Positions 1-12,795 of a DNA stretch of 64,000 nucleotides are shown one piece after another. Origin of the DNA: Mobula hypostoma (taxonomy: Eukaryota); the NCBI RefSeq assembly GCF_963921235.1, contig NC_086098.1:4154001-4218000 (forward strand). Reading direction: 5' to 3'. The notes under the pieces were generated by a model. That model was given only the letters and a program-made list of their open reading frames with translations, searched no databases and was not told the DNA's origin. The translations under genes and the position numbers were made by a program. Numbering within the stretch: position 1 is the stretch's first letter; the number at the start of each line of letters is the position of its first letter.

Positions 1-712
1 GAAGACCCTGACCTGGAGTTACACTCTGACCTCGCTCTTTGCAGGAATGAGACCCACTCACTGGGCCTCACGACCAGCTGCTTTTGGATATCCCAAGGAC
101 GCAGCCTGGAAGACTAGCACACCTTCAAGGTGCTGGATTTCTGTGGCTCTGGATACACAGGCCGATTCAAGGCCAGTGCCCCTGACTGAGGCATCGCGGG
201 AGAACACAGAACAATGGGAGCAGTGGTTTGGCTGCTGGCTGTGTGTCTGGAGACCTGAGCCTTTCTGGGTGCAGAGCTCAGAAAAAGCAGCACAATAGAC
301 TTTTAACATCATAAATCAGCGAGTTGCTTCTTATGTCTCCCCTCTCACCGTGAAACATGGACACCTCTTTTTCCCTTATTAGGGAGAGAGAGAGCCTGTG
401 GTAAATCAAATACCGGGTGAATGAGTAAACGTTGGAGTACTACAAGTCTGTGTCTTTATTGATGCTTACTGTACACTTGAGTGCTCGGTGGAGGGTGCCG
501 ATGCTTTTTTTGCTGGTGGGGAGGGGTTGTTGCCTTGCTACTGCTTGTGCGTGGGAGGGGGGAGCTGGGAGGGGAGCTTTGGGGTTCTAGTATTTAACTG
601 TCATTCATTCTTTGGAGCACTCCTCTGTTTTTGTGGATGTATCCGAAGAAAAATAATTTCAGGATGTATATTGTATACATTTCTCTGACATTAAGTGTAC
701 CTATTGAACATA
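1..712 (+). mobile_element. Non-coding dispersed repeat with a LINE-like 3' tail (window-truncated); sibling at 58560-59139
   Basis: About 450 nt align by eye with 58715-59139 (gggtgcagagctcagaaaa...ttcccttattagggagagag...catttctctgacattaa.tgtacctattgaacat). A short 3' piece also occurs at about 34270-34325. Confidence 0.8.
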
Positions 713-714
713 TT

Positions 715-1192
715 GAAAATGATTCCAGGATTGTATGGCTTGTCATTTGAAGGCTAAGGGTCTGTATTCACTAGAATTCAGAAGAATGAGGGGTGACCTC
801 ATTGAAACCTATTGAATGGTAAAGCCCTTGACAGAGTGGATGTTGAATGGATGTTTCTTATGGTGGGAGAGTCTAAGACCAGAGAACACATCCTCAAAAT
901 AGAGATGTATCCTTTTAGAATGGAACCGAGGAGGAATTTCTTTAGCCTAAGAGCAGTGAATCTGTGAAATTCATTGCCACAGCCAACTGTGGAGGCCAAG
1001 GCTTTATGTATATTTAAGGCAGAGGTTGATAGATTCTTGACCGGTCAGGGTATGAAGGGATACAGCAGGAAGGCAGGAGACTGGGGCTGAGAGGAAAATG
1101 GAACAGATATGTTGAAATGGTGGAGCAGACTCAATTGACCAAATGGCTTAATTCTACTCCTATATCTTATGGTCCTATGGTCTCATGGTCTT
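715..1192 (+). mobile_element. CR1 LINE 3' fragment
   Basis: Decayed LYSLEFRRMRGDLIETY...RTRGH ORF2 C-terminus and a (TATGGTC)-like tail at 1168-1192. Confidence 0.85.
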
Positions 1193-2526
1193 AACGACTA
1201 TTGTCCACTAGCACTCTCATCTACGGTGATGATGTGCTTTGAGAGTTTGGTTATGGGTAGAATAACTTCAGTCTCAGTAAGGAACTAGATCCACGGCAAT
1301 TTGCCTTTCACTACAATATATACAGTACTGTACATGCAATCTCATTGGTTCTTCACATAGCCTTGGATCACCTGGACAATACTAATATTTATGTCAAGCT
1401 GCTGTTTATTGACTGCAGCTCAGAGTTTAACACAATTATTCCCACAGTTCTGATCATAAAGTTCCAAAACCTGGACCTCTGTGCCTCTTCTGCAACTGGA
1501 TCTCCAGCTTCCTCACCAGAAGACCCCAATCCGTACAGATTGGTAATAACATCTCTCCACCTCTCTGACAATCAACACTGGTGCACCTGAAGGATGTGCG
1601 CTTAGCCCACTGCTCTACTCTTGCTACGCCCATGACTGGGCGTCCATGTCATCTATTAATTTGCTGACAACACAACTATTGCTGGCAGAATTTCAGACAG
1701 TGACGTGAAGGCATGCAGGAGCGAGATAGATCAGCTGGTCGATTAGTGTCGCAACAACAATCTTGCACTGAACAGCAGTAGGACCAAAGAACTGACTGCA
1801 GACTGCAGAAAGGGCAAGACTCGAGAATACACACCAGTCCTCGCTGAGGGATCCGAAGTGGAAAGAGTGAGCAATTTCAAGTTCCTGGGTGTTAACATCC
1901 AACATATCGATATAGTTACAAAGAGGGGAATGACACCGGCTATATTTCATTGGGAGTTTCAGAAGGTTTGGTATGTCGCCAGAGACAGTTACAAGTTTCT
2001 ACAGATGTGCTACGGACAGCATTCTAACTGGCTTCACCACTGTCTGGTCTTGTGGCGGGGTGGGGGGGGGAGTGCGGGTGGTCACTGCACAGGATTGAAA
2101 TGAGGTGCAGAAACTTGTAAACTCACTCAACTCCATCATGGGCATTAGTCTCCCCAGCAACCAGGACATCTTCAAGGAGTGATGCCTCAAAAATGTGGAC
2201 ATCTGTCATTAAGGATCCCCATCACCCAGTACATGTACCGTTCTCATTGCTACCATCAGGGAGGAGGTACAGGAACATAAAGACACACACGCTCAGTGAT
2301 TTAGAAACAGCTTCTTCCTCTCTGCCATCAAATTCCTGAATGGACATTGAACCCACGAACACTACCTCACTACTTTTTTTTCTCTTTTTGTGCTACTTAT
2401 TTAACATTTTTAATATATAGATATACTTCTTACTGTAATTTACAGTTTTATGTATTGTAATATACTGCTGCTGCAAAACAACAAATTTCATGAACTGTGC
2501 CAGTGATATTAAACCTGATTCTGACT
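1193..2526 (+). mobile_element. Rex1/Babar-like LINE, decayed RT and 3' UTR
   Basis: Remnants of DY(R)P(V)ALTSTVMKCFE, VKLLFID.SS.FNTIIP, G.P.GCVLSPLLYS, FAD(D)T, VERVSNFKFLGV; tail aaacctgattctga. Confidence 0.75.
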
Positions 2527-2854
2527 CATTGTATTTGCACAATTTGTTATCTTTTGCGCATTAGTTAATGCCTAAGTTTGAGCGGTCTTTCAATGATTAT
2601 ATTATAGTCATAATTCTATTGTTGATTTACTGAGTATGCCCAAAAGAAAATGAATTAGGGTTATACATGGTGGCATACATGTACTTTGAACTTTAAAGGT
2701 ACTGAAATTGAGATGAATATTTATTTAACAAAAAAAGTGGTGTTGAAGTAGAAACCCTCATCGCATTTAAAAAATAGCTGAATGTGTCCTTGAAGGGCCA
2801 TGCCCTGGAGGCCTAGGGCACACTCACTGGAGACTGGAGAATGGAATAAGGGTC

Positions 2855-3236
2855 CATTCTATTCCTGTCAGGGAGGAGGCTACATAGCATCCACACCAGG
2901 ACCAGCAGACTGAAAAACAGTTACTTTCCCCAAGCAGAAAAGTTGATCAATACCTCCACCCACTAACCCACTCCTCCACACCCCCAAACACCAGTACTTT
3001 ACCATTTCCTGTCAGAGTCACCTTATGTACAGACACTCCTGTGCCTAATGTCATTTTATGGACATGCAATCTATCTGTGCATAAAAGCTATCTTTTACAT
3101 TTATGTTTATTGTGTTTTTTTATTATTTTGCATTCCTTATCATATTATGTTTTGCTTTCTGCTGCATCAGACATGGACTACCAACTATTTCATTCATATT
3201 TACACTTGTGTACTGGAAATGACAAAAAATCTTGAA
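2855..3236 (+). mobile_element. Rex1/Babar-like LINE 3' fragment
   Basis: LSGRR...TRTSRLKNSYFPQA C-terminal remnant followed by an AT-rich 3' UTR. Confidence 0.6.
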
Positions 3237-3544
3237 ATAATTCAGTTCTTAAATTAGTTTTACTCATTCTTTTTACATTCCAATTGATGCTTTTATAATC
3301 ACTTTTATACAGTATCTCCCATCCCTTAAATCTCTTCCTGTTTTCCCTCACTGTCTATTTACTGTGGTTCTTTCCCCAGTTCCAAAACCATTCCAGTCCT
3401 TGGGCTTTATACCCTTAATCTCACACCAGTTTCAATATCTCTGATTAGCCACACTTCATCTCATTAACTTTCCTCAGAGTTATGAATTATTTCTTTAAAT
3501 GTTCGTCATTTCTTGTATTCTATTATATCTTTGAATCATCAACT

Positions 3545-3695
3545 CAAGAGATTCTGCAGATGCTGGAGATCCAAAGCAACACACACACAATGATGGAGGA
3601 ACTCAGGAGATCAGGCGGCATCAATGGAAATGAACAAACAATCGAAGTTTTGGGCTGAGGCCCTTCATGAGAACTGGTAAGGAAAGGGAAGAAGC
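3545..3695 (-). mobile_element. Penelope-like terminal repeat remnant with a decayed hammerhead motif
   Basis: ttctgcagatgctgga...gcaacacacac...ggaggaactcag is shared with the PLE ends at 45722 and 46860; the reverse complement of 3641-3677 resembles the hammerhead with core changes. Confidence 0.7.
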
Positions 3696-3824
3696 TCTTT
3701 TAATCTAGTTTCCCAATCTATCTTACCCAACTCACCCTTCATATTTATTGAGCTTACTTTGTCCAAGTTTAACATACAAGTTTAGGACTGAATTAAATCA
3801 TAAAGCATCCCCTTTCCCATCATT

Positions 3825-3990
3825 CATTGTGTGCTGTGTCTTATCATGAGGACGTTCCATGACCATGATTGTTCCGGGGGGTGGGGTAGCTAAACAGGTA
3901 CTACATCTTGCCCAAGGGTGACCTGCAGGCTAGTGGAGGGAAGGAGCACTTTACACTTCCTTTGGTCGAGACAGATCTGCATCCCATCAT
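3825..3990 (-). mobile_element. Fragment of the non-autonomous element also seen at 31896-32218
   Basis: caggtactacatcttgcccaagggtgacctgcagg is the reverse complement of 31957-31991 with few changes. Confidence 0.7.
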
Positions 3991-4089
3991 CCCTATCCCA
4001 CAAAGCCATTAAGTAACATTGTACAACTGCACAACACTAAATCTCTACAATAGCGTTTGCATACAAATGATGTTGTTCATCAATATGGG

Positions 4090-5135
4090 GGAGCATAATT
4101 TAAAGATGATTGGAGGAAAGTAGAGAGGGGATGTCGGAGGTAAGTTTTTGTACACTGAGTGGTGGGTGCACAGGAGATTTATCAGGATGCTACATGGATT
4201 AGAGAAGATGTCTCATGAGAAAAGGTTGAGCAAGCCAGGGCTTTTCTCTTTGGAGCGAAGGAGGACGATAGGTGACTTGACAGAGGTGTACAATTTGGTA
4301 AGCAGCATAGATAGAGTGGATGGCCAGAGACGTTTGCCCAGGGGTAAATGGATAATACAAGGGGCACAATTGTAAGGTGATTGGAGGAAAGTATGGGGGG
4401 GGGGGTTCAGAGGTAGGATTTTGCACGGGGTCATGGCAGAGGCAAATACATTAAGGATATACATTATTTTCCATTAGAAAATAGGAACTTAGAAAAGTTC
4501 CTATTCCAAGAAACTCCTAGATAGGCACACGTATGAAAGAAAAATGCAGGGTTATGTAGGAGAGAATGATCTTCGAGTTGATTAAAAAGTTGGCACAACA
4601 TCGCTGCTCTCCATTCAGACAATGCCTTGGTGAATCTCCTCTGCACTGTCTCTATTGCTAACACATTCTTCCTGTAGTGTGCTAATCAGAACTGTACCCA
4701 GTAACTCCAAATGCAGTCTAACCAATGTTTTGTACCACTGCAACACATTTAGAAGAATGTGGGGGATCTCATTGAAACTTACTGAATGTTGAAAGGACTA
4801 GATAGGGTAGATGTGGAGAGGGTGTTTCCTATGGAGGGTGCATCCAGAACTAGAGGGCACAGCCTCAAAATTGAGAGCTGACCCTTCAGAACAGAGGTAA
4901 GGAGGAAATTTTTTAGGCAGAGAGTAGTGTATGCCACAGACTGCAGTGGAGGCCAAGTCCATGGGTATATTTAAGGCGGAAGTTGATCATTTCCTGATTG
5001 GTCAGGGCATCAAAGGATATGGCGAGAAGGCAGGTGTATGGGGTTGAGTGAGATCCGGGTTTGGGCATGAAGTAATGGTGGAGCAGACTCGATGGGCTGA
5101 ATAGCCTAATTCTGCTCCCTTGTCTTATGGTCTTT
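4090..5135. mobile_element. Cluster of short CR1 3' fragments in both orientations
   Basis: RRFIRMLHGLE...LFSLERRR.GDL.EVY on +, a minus-strand piece at about 4605-4750, and a + piece ending tcttatggtct at about 5133. Confidence 0.75.
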
Positions 5136-5670
5136 TAGTCTAACATGAAATCACAACTCTTATACTCAAAACCTCAGTCTACGAAGGCAAGTATACCAAA
5201 TGGATTCTTTATAGCAGCATGAACTTAGCAATAATAAGTTATTTACAGCTTTTTTTATACAGATGATGTAGTTCAACGTGATTTACAATGGGGTGAAGTG
5301 CAAACAAGAAAACGAAAATAAAAATAAAAATAAACATGAAAATAAAAGACAAGATGATGCTAGCTAAAAGCAAGGTTAAGTAAATAGGTTATGAGCTGCC
5401 AGTTAAAAATGTGGACAAAGTGTGAATCTCTTATAGTTTTAGGTATTGAGTTCCACAGTTCAGGAACATCGTTCGAAAAAGCCGACCTGACAATGGTCTT
5501 TATCTTCACCTAAAAAGGGTGCAGAGGAGATTTACCAGAATGTTGACTGGATTTGACCTGTATGAACAGTTTGCAAGATGACCTTCTCACTGTATATCTG
5601 ACAACAATAATCCAATTCTTGAGATTCCAGATGAGAAGGGGGCATGGGGCAGTACAGTAATGTAGTGGTT

Positions 5671-7275
5671 AGAAACATAGAAAACCTACAGCACAATACA
5701 GGCCCTTCGGCCCACAAAGCTGTGCCGAACATGTACTTACTTTAGAAATTACCTAGGGTTACCCATAGCCCTCTATTTTTCTAAGCTTCATGTACCTATC
5801 CGGGAGTTTCTTAAAAGACCCCATTGTTTCCACGTCCACCACCTTTGCTGGCAGCCCATTCCATGCACTCACCACTCTCTGTGTAAAAAAACTTAGCCCT
5901 GACATCTCCTCTATACCTACTTCCAAGCACCTTAAAACTGTGCCCTCTCGTGCTAGCCACTTCAGCCCTGGGAAAAAGCCTCTGACTATCCACACGATCA
6001 ATGGCTTTCATCATCTTATACACCTCTATCAGGTCACCTCTCATCCTCCGTCGCTCCAAGGAAAAAAGGCTGAGTTCACTCAACCATAAGACATGCTCCC
6101 CAATCCAGACAGCATCCTTGTAAATCTCCTCTGCACCCTTTCTATGCTTTCCACATCCTTCCTGTAGTGAGGAGACCAGAACTGAGCACAGTACTCCAAG
6201 TGGGGTCTGACCAGGGTCCTATATAGCTGTAACAGTACCTCTTGGCTCTTAAACTCCATCCCATGATTGATGAAGGACAATGCACTGTACGCCTTTTTAA
6301 CCACAGAGTCAACCTGCGTAGCAGCTTTCAGTATTCTATGGATTTGGACCCAAAGATCCCTCTGATCCTCCACACTGCCAAGAGTCTTACCATTAATACG
6401 ATATTCTGCCATCATATTTGACCTACCAAAATGAACCACTTCACACTTATCTGGGTTGAACTCCATCTGCCACTTCTCAGCCCAGTTTTGCATCCTATCA
6501 ATGTCCCGCTGTAACCTCTGACAGCCCTCCACACTATCCACAACACCCCCAACCTTTGAGTCATCAGCAAATTTACTAACCCATCCCTCCACTTCCTCAT
6601 CCAGGTCATTTATAAAAATCACGAGGAGTAGGGGTCTCAGAACAGATCCCTGAGGCACATCACTGGTTACCAACCTCCATGCAGAATATGAGCCTTTGTA
6701 CACCATGGTTCCTGTACCCTACCATCCTTTCCCTGTCTCATTGGAACGTTGCTACGCAGAACCCCAAGCAAATATCCCCTGAACATTTGCCACATTTCTG
6801 CTGTACATTCCCCTGAGAACATCTGCTCCCAATTTATGCTTCCAAGTTCCTGTCTGATAGCTTCATATTTCCCCTTACTCCAATTAAATACTTTCCTAAC
6901 TTGTCTGTTCCTATCCCTCCCCAATGCTGTGGTAAAGGAGATAGAATTGTGATCACTATCTCCAAAATGCTCTCCCACTGAGAGACCTGACATCTGACCA
7001 GGTTCATTTCCCAATACCAGATCAAGTACAGTCTCTCCTCTTGTAGGCTTATCTGCATATTGTGTCAGAAAACCTTCCTAAACACACCTAACAAACTCTA
7101 TCCCATCTGAACCCCTTGCTCGAGGGAGATATGAATCAATATTTAGGAAATTAAGATCTCCCACCACAACAACCCTGTTATTATTATACCTTCCCAGAAT
7201 TTGTCTCCCTATCTGCTCAATGTCCTTGTTACTATTGGGTGGTCTATAAAAAACACCCAGTAGAGTTATTGACCC
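5671..7275 (-). mobile_element. CR1 LINE, 5'-truncated, with an internal deletion
   Basis: ORF 6080-6706 has VPQGSVL, SKFADDSK, LVRPHLEYCAQFWSP; upstream endonuclease-end motif GEHFGDSDHNSI; tail agaaacatagaaa on +. Confidence 0.9.
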
Positions 7276-7553
7276 GTTAGTGTGACGCTTTTACAACTTG
7301 GGGTGTCGGTACATGTGACAACAATAAAACAATATCAATCCTGCAAAACTCCAGGAAGAGAAGAGAGAAGGAGACATAACGAGTGACAGTGGTTTTAGTT
7401 TACCCGTTCTAGATTAGTGGAGGAAAATATATCAGCACCTATTCCATCAACCACTTCAGAATATTTTCCAAGTTTCAGAGAACTTTCATCTAAATCACTA
7501 CTGCATGGGACAAGCATGCTGGAGAAGATTAATACTCAAAGTGTTTTCCTTAC

Positions 7554-8280
7554 CTGATATCCACAGAAATCCATCCGCCGTACACCCTGCGTGGCAGGAC
7601 AGTGATCTATCAAACGGTTGTACAAATGACCACTTGTTCTTCTTAGTACAGTATCTCTCCACCGTGGGCAGCACTTGCCGCAGTTCGTTCCTTCCGCCCA
7701 CTGCGTACAGGTATTCATCCAAAGTACCGAGCACAAAATGCTCGCGGCAGTTCTTCATGGGAGCAATCTCCGTCCAGGTGTTGCTGCGCGGGTCGTAGCG
7801 ACATGCGGTCCTGACTGCACAGGTGCGGCCCGTCGTGTGTTCCACCTCCCCGCCCGCCACAAACAGGAAGTCTCCCATGACGGCTACGCAGTGGTGACTT
7901 CTCCCCACGGGCATGGGGGACAGCTCGCTCCAGTTGGAAACCCCGGCGATGTGAACGTTCTCCTGGTCCACCGGGTTAAAGTACCGCAAGTCTCTCACTT
8001 TGCAGATCTCGCGTTTCTTGCCACCGATGATGTAGAGGGTCTCCGACTGAAAGCGGGGCCTTGTCCTGATGGTTTGCCAAATGGGCTGTGCATAGATACT
8101 CTGGTGGTACGCCAGCGACTCGTTAATGAAAGCCGTGGCTGTTTCACTGGCCTGAACCAGAGGGTGAGTCAGAGCCAGTGCATGAAGCGTGTCAACGTCC
8201 ATTAAGCCAAAGCGTACATATTGTAATAGTTCACCCATGTACTGATAGCGACAGCCATGTTCCAGCCATTTCACCGCCAG
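7554..8280 (-). CDS. KLHL32: Internal coding exon of kelch-like protein 32 (end of BACK domain, linker and first Kelch repeats)
   Basis: Translation LAVKWLEHGCRYQYMGELLQYVRFGLMDVDTLH...TLYIIGGKKRE...WSELSPMPVGRSHHCVAVMGDFLFVAGGEVEH...YDPRSNTWTEIAPMKNCREHFVLG...YLYAVGGRNELRQVLPTVERYC...LWISG closely matches vertebrate KLHL32 as I recall it. Acceptor GTTTTGTTTTTTGTTGGTAG|CTG at 8281/8280 (phase 0); donor TCAG|GTAAGG at 7554/7553 (phase 1). The ORF-track tail KENTLSINLLQHACPMQ is intron read-through. Confidence 0.93.
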
Positions 8281-8534
8281 CTACCAACAAAAAACAAAAC
8301 AGGCCCATCAGTCTTTCAGAGCAACATGTATCCCAACAGTTTGTTAACAGTCAATAATTGTAACAGTTCAACACAGTAGATTCTGTAGGTGGTGGAAATC
8401 CAGAACAACACGCACGCAAAATACTGAAGGAACTCAGCGGGTCAGGCATCTTGTGTATATACCACATTATTATTTACCTGCAGTGCACTTTCTCTGTAGC
8501 CGTTACACTTCGTTCTATATTTTGTAATTGTTAG

Positions 8535-8925
8535 AGTCATAGTCATCGAAAAGTACAGCACAGAAACAGGCCCTTTGGCCCATCTAGTCCATGTTGAACC
8601 ATTCAAACTGTCTATTCCCATCGATCTGCACCCAGACCCCTACCATCCATGCACCGATCCAAACTTCTCTTAAACATTGAAATCAAGCTCGCATGCACTT
8701 GTGCTGGCAGCTCATTGCATACTCTCATGTTTCTCTGAGTGAAGAAGTTTACCAACTTGTTCCCTTTAAACTTTTGATGTTTCCCCCTTAACCCATGACC
8801 TCTAGTTGTAGACTCACCCAACCACAGTGGAAAAAAGCCTGCTTGCATTTACCCTACATATACCTCTCATAATTTTGAATACCTCTATCAAATCTCATCT
8901 CACTCTTCCACATTCCAAGGAATGA
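8535..8925 (-). mobile_element. CR1 LINE 3' fragment
   Basis: TRGHGLR...NFFTQR...NELPA remnant on the minus strand. Confidence 0.8.
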
Positions 8926-9086
8926 AGAAGATTGTTTTAGTTTGTTCTACCTCAATGCACTATGTAATAATTTGATTATAATGAACAGTGTGGATATCTG
9001 TACTGGATATCTTAACTTAGTTAATGGCAAATAAGGATGTTGATTTATGCCAATAGTATGCTTCTCACTTCAGCTGAAACTGAAGT

Positions 9087-10140
9087 CACACGGATCACAC
9101 TGATCACACGGATCACACACAGCACACTGATCACACGGATCACACAGAGTACACTGATCACACGGATCACACTGATCACACGGATCACACTGATCACACA
9201 GAGCACACTGATCACACGGATCACACTGATCACACGGATCACACTGATCACACAGAGTACACTGATCACACGGATCACACTGATGACACAGATCACACGG
9301 ATCACACAGATCACACTGATCACACATATCACATGGATCACACAGAGCACACTGATCACACGGATCACATGGATCACACGGATCACACGGAGCACACTGA
9401 TCACACTGATAACACAGAGCACACTGATCACACTGATCACACTGAACACACTGATCACACTGATCACACGGATCACACTGAACACACTGAACACACAGAG
9501 CACACTGATCACACAGATCACAGTGATCACACAGAGCACACTGATCACACGGATCACAGTGATCACACAGAGCACACTGATCACATGGATCACACTGATC
9601 ACACACAGCACACTGATCACACGGATCACACAGAGTACACTGATCACACGGATCACACTGATCACACGGATCACACTGATCACACAGAGCACACTGATCA
9701 CACGGATCACACTGATCACACAGAGTACACTGATCACACGGATCACACTGATGACACAGATCACACGGATCACACAGATCACACTGATCACACATATCAC
9801 ATGGATCACACAGAGCACACTGATCACACGGATCACATGGATCACACGGATCACACGGAGCACACTGATCACACTGATAACACAGAGCACACTGATCACA
9901 CTGATCACACTGAACACACTGATCACACTGATCACACGGATCACACTGAACACACTGAACACACAGAGCACACTGATCACACAGATCACAGTGATCACAC
10001 AGAGCACACTGATCACACGGATCACAGTGATCACACAGAGCACACTGATCACATGGATCACACTGATCACACACAGCACACGGATCACACTGATCACAGA
10101 GCACACTGATCACAGTGATCACACTGATCACACTGATACA
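9087..10140. repeat. 9-bp minisatellite (GATCACACT/GATCACACG and variants) with a 486/468-bp higher-order duplication
   Basis: Directly visible. The rare variant GATGACACA occurs at 9282 and 9750; the CAGCACAC variant has its G at 9122, 9608 and 10076. Confidence 0.97.
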
Positions 10141-10424
10141 AAGTCGGCAGCAAGGCTGGAATGAGGACTGCAACATGGTTGTCCTAGAGATACACAGACT
10201 GGGTGCTGGTGAGTGCAATTCTTGGCAGCATTGTTGAGAATTCTTTACATGAGTTCACTCACAATTGAAGGAGCAGGATGCCAATATTGGCCTTGCTGAA
10301 TTCATGCAGATTTTTGTACAATGCTGGAGGAGCTCGGCAGTTCAGGTAGCATCTATGGAGGGGAATAAATGTTGCTATCTGATTATGTGACACATTATCA
10401 AAAGCCTTTCCCAGTTTATTCCTG

Positions 10425-10820
10425 CTTGAACCAGTCTGGCCATTCTCCATTCTCCTCTGATCTCTCTCATTATCATGGCATTTTGGCCACAGAACTACCA
10501 CTCACTGGATGTTTTTAATTTTTTTTTTGCACCATTCTCTGTAAACTTCAGAGGCCGTTGTGCAAGAGAATCCCAGGAGATAAGCAATTTCTGAGATACT
10601 CAAACCATCCCACCTGGCACCAACAATTATTTTATGGTCAAAGTCACTTAGATCACATTTCTTCCCTATTCTTATATTTATTCTGAACAACAACTGAACC
10701 TCTTCACTATGCCTACATGTTTTTAATACATTGAGTTGCTGCCACATGATTTGCTGATTAGATATTTGCATTAACGAGCAGGTGAATAGTTGAAGCTAAT
10801 AGATTGACCACCGAGTGTAG
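10425..10820 (-). mobile_element. Tc1-like non-autonomous element fragment
   Basis: Transposase N-terminus GKKCDLSDFD..IIVGAR..GLSISEIA.LLGFS.TT.S.VYREW; decayed TIR tgaccaccgagtgta at about 10805-10819. Confidence 0.8.
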
Positions 10821-11521
10821 ATAACAAATAGATCCTGCAGAACAGAGTGTTATGAATGCTAATGGAAATCAAAATCAGTTGAAGTATGTCATTCTTGCCT
10901 GCTGTTGAAAGAAAGCAAAATGTTACATTAGAACAATATGAAGTTTGTAAACACAAAGGATCCTGCAGATTTGAATATTCAGAGAAACTTTGACTGTTTA
11001 TTCCCCTCCATGGATGTTGCCTGAATTGCTGAGTTTCTCCAGTATTTTGTGTGTGTTGGCATAAAGTATGTGGCTTAATTATATTGCTGGGACTTCAAAG
11101 TGTTTCACATCGATTCGAGATAAAACAAAAATAGAAAAACATACTTTTTTTTCAAAATTACAACATTCACTTTGATGACAAAAAATATTGAACAGAAATT
11201 GCATTAGTAGATCAATAGCTGATGTATTGCATTATGTTAAAACCAATTTAAATGAGTATTGTGCCCTTGTCTATTTCAAAAGTTGTCAAATAAAGCCTAG
11301 TTCAAGCCCATATTAATATTTCCCCCAAGGAATTACAATGAAATGTTTGTCTTTGGTTCAAGAGTTGTGCTTTTACCAACATACATACGGCACGATATTA
11401 CTAAAGCCATTGTTACAAATATAGGATAACTTTTAATTCAGAGTCAGAATCACTGTATGTTGTGAAATTTGTTGTTTTACCACAGCAGAACAGTGCCATA
11501 CATAAAATATACTGTAAAGTA

Positions 11522-12048
11522 CACTCAGTGACCACTTCATTATGCAACTCCTGTGCCTAATACTGTGTGTATGTCTGTGGTCTTCTGCTGCTGCAGCCCC
11601 TCCATTTAAGGGTTCAACATGTTGTGCGTTCAGAGATGCTCTTCAGCATATCACTGTTGTAATGTGCGGCTGTTGGAGTTACTGTTGAGTCAATCTGGCT
11701 ATGCTCCTCTGACCTCTCTCACTAACAAGACTTTTTCACCCACAGAACTGTTTTTCATTTTATTGCACTGTCATTCTCTGTAAACTCTAGAGACGGCTGT
11801 GTGTGAAAATCCCAGGAGATCAGCAGTTTCTGAGATACTCAAACCACCGCATCTGGCACCAACAATCATTCCACAGTCAAAAGTCACTAAGATCACATTT
11901 CTTCCTCATCCTGGTGTTTGGTCTGAACAACAACTGAACCTCTTGACCATGACTGCATGCTTTTATGCATTGAGTTGCCTCTATGTGATTGGCTGATTAG
12001 ATTAACAAGCAGGTGTACAGATGTACTTCAGTCGGTGGCCACTGAGTA
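11522..12048 (-). mobile_element. Tc1-like non-autonomous element
   Basis: TA + CACTCAGTGACCAC ... GTGGCCACTGAGT terminal inverted repeats; same transposase remnant as 10425 and 31116. Confidence 0.85.
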
Positions 12049-12137
12049 TGTATATGAAATTAAAGAGTAGGAATGGTGAGGTAGTGTTCATGGCTTCATT
12101 GTCAATTCAGAAATCTGATGGTGGAGGGGAAGAAGCT

Positions 12138-12393
12138 GTTCCCAGGGCTGAAATGGCTAACACGAGAGGGCACAGTTTTAAGGTGCTTGGAAGTAGGTAC
12201 AGAGGAGATGTCGGGGTAAGTTTTTTACGCAGAGAGTGCTGAGTGCGTGGAATGGGCTTCCAGTGACCGTAGTGGAGGTGGATACGATAGGGTCTTTTAA
12301 GAGACTCCTGGATAGGTACATGGAGCTTAGAAAAATAGAGGGCTGTGGGTGACCCTAGGTAATTTCTAAAGTACAGTACATGTTCGGCACAGC
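12138..12393 (+). mobile_element. CR1 3' fragment, same subfamily as 5671-7275
   Basis: PRAEMANTRGHSFKVLGSRYRGDV; near reverse complement of 5720-5975. Confidence 0.85.
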
Positions 12394-12722
12394 ATATACA
12401 TAGCTAGGGTGCCTAGGACTTTTGCACAGCACTCCATTTGTCATCACAGAGCGGACAGCGAGTTTGTAAATCTGGCAGGAGCAAAGGCAGTCAGAAATGG
12501 TGAGGGAGGAGTGCCGCAAGGGTCGTGGGACAGGTGGCAGAGAAGGAGGGCCAGGGGCGGGAGATAGCACCCGTGCAGACACACTCAGCCCTGAGACACC
12601 TGGCAAGGTCTCCCTGTCCACTTCTCACTCTCAGTCCACAGTAGAGACCCACATCAGAATCAGATTTATCATCACTCACACACGTCGTGAAACTGGTTTT
12701 TTTTTGTGGCAGCAGTACAATA

Positions 12723-12795
12723 CAGTACTGTGCAAAGGTCTAGCTATATATATATATATATATATATATGTGCCTAAGACTTATGCAAAGTATTG
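12723..12795. mobile_element. 73-bp Tc1-type MITE enclosing a (TA)n tract
   Basis: TA-CAGTACTGTGCAAAGGTCTAG...(TA)n...GTGCCTAAGACTTATGCAAAGTATTG-TA; the arms are imperfect inverted repeats; a related single arm is at 12407-12433. Confidence 0.7.

Noticed and set aside
7505..8205. Plus-strand ORFs overlapping the KLHL32 exon
   Set aside because: Antisense shadows of a GC-rich coding exon with no recognisable motifs
9087..10140. Possible CRISPR-like array
   Set aside because: Contiguous 9-bp units with no unique spacers, no cas genes, vertebrate context
9037..10218. Long ORFs encoding Cys-rich (CDQ/CDP), His-rich (DHT) or Thr/Ile-rich repeats, superficially metallothionein- or antifreeze-like
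   Set aside because: Four overlapping frames are open simply because the 9-bp unit lacks stops in them; there is no unique coding flank or other gene context
10940..11060. Another mini-PLE insertion with a 14-bp TSD
   Set aside because: PLE end sequence is present but too decayed to define arms or TSD, so it is not counted
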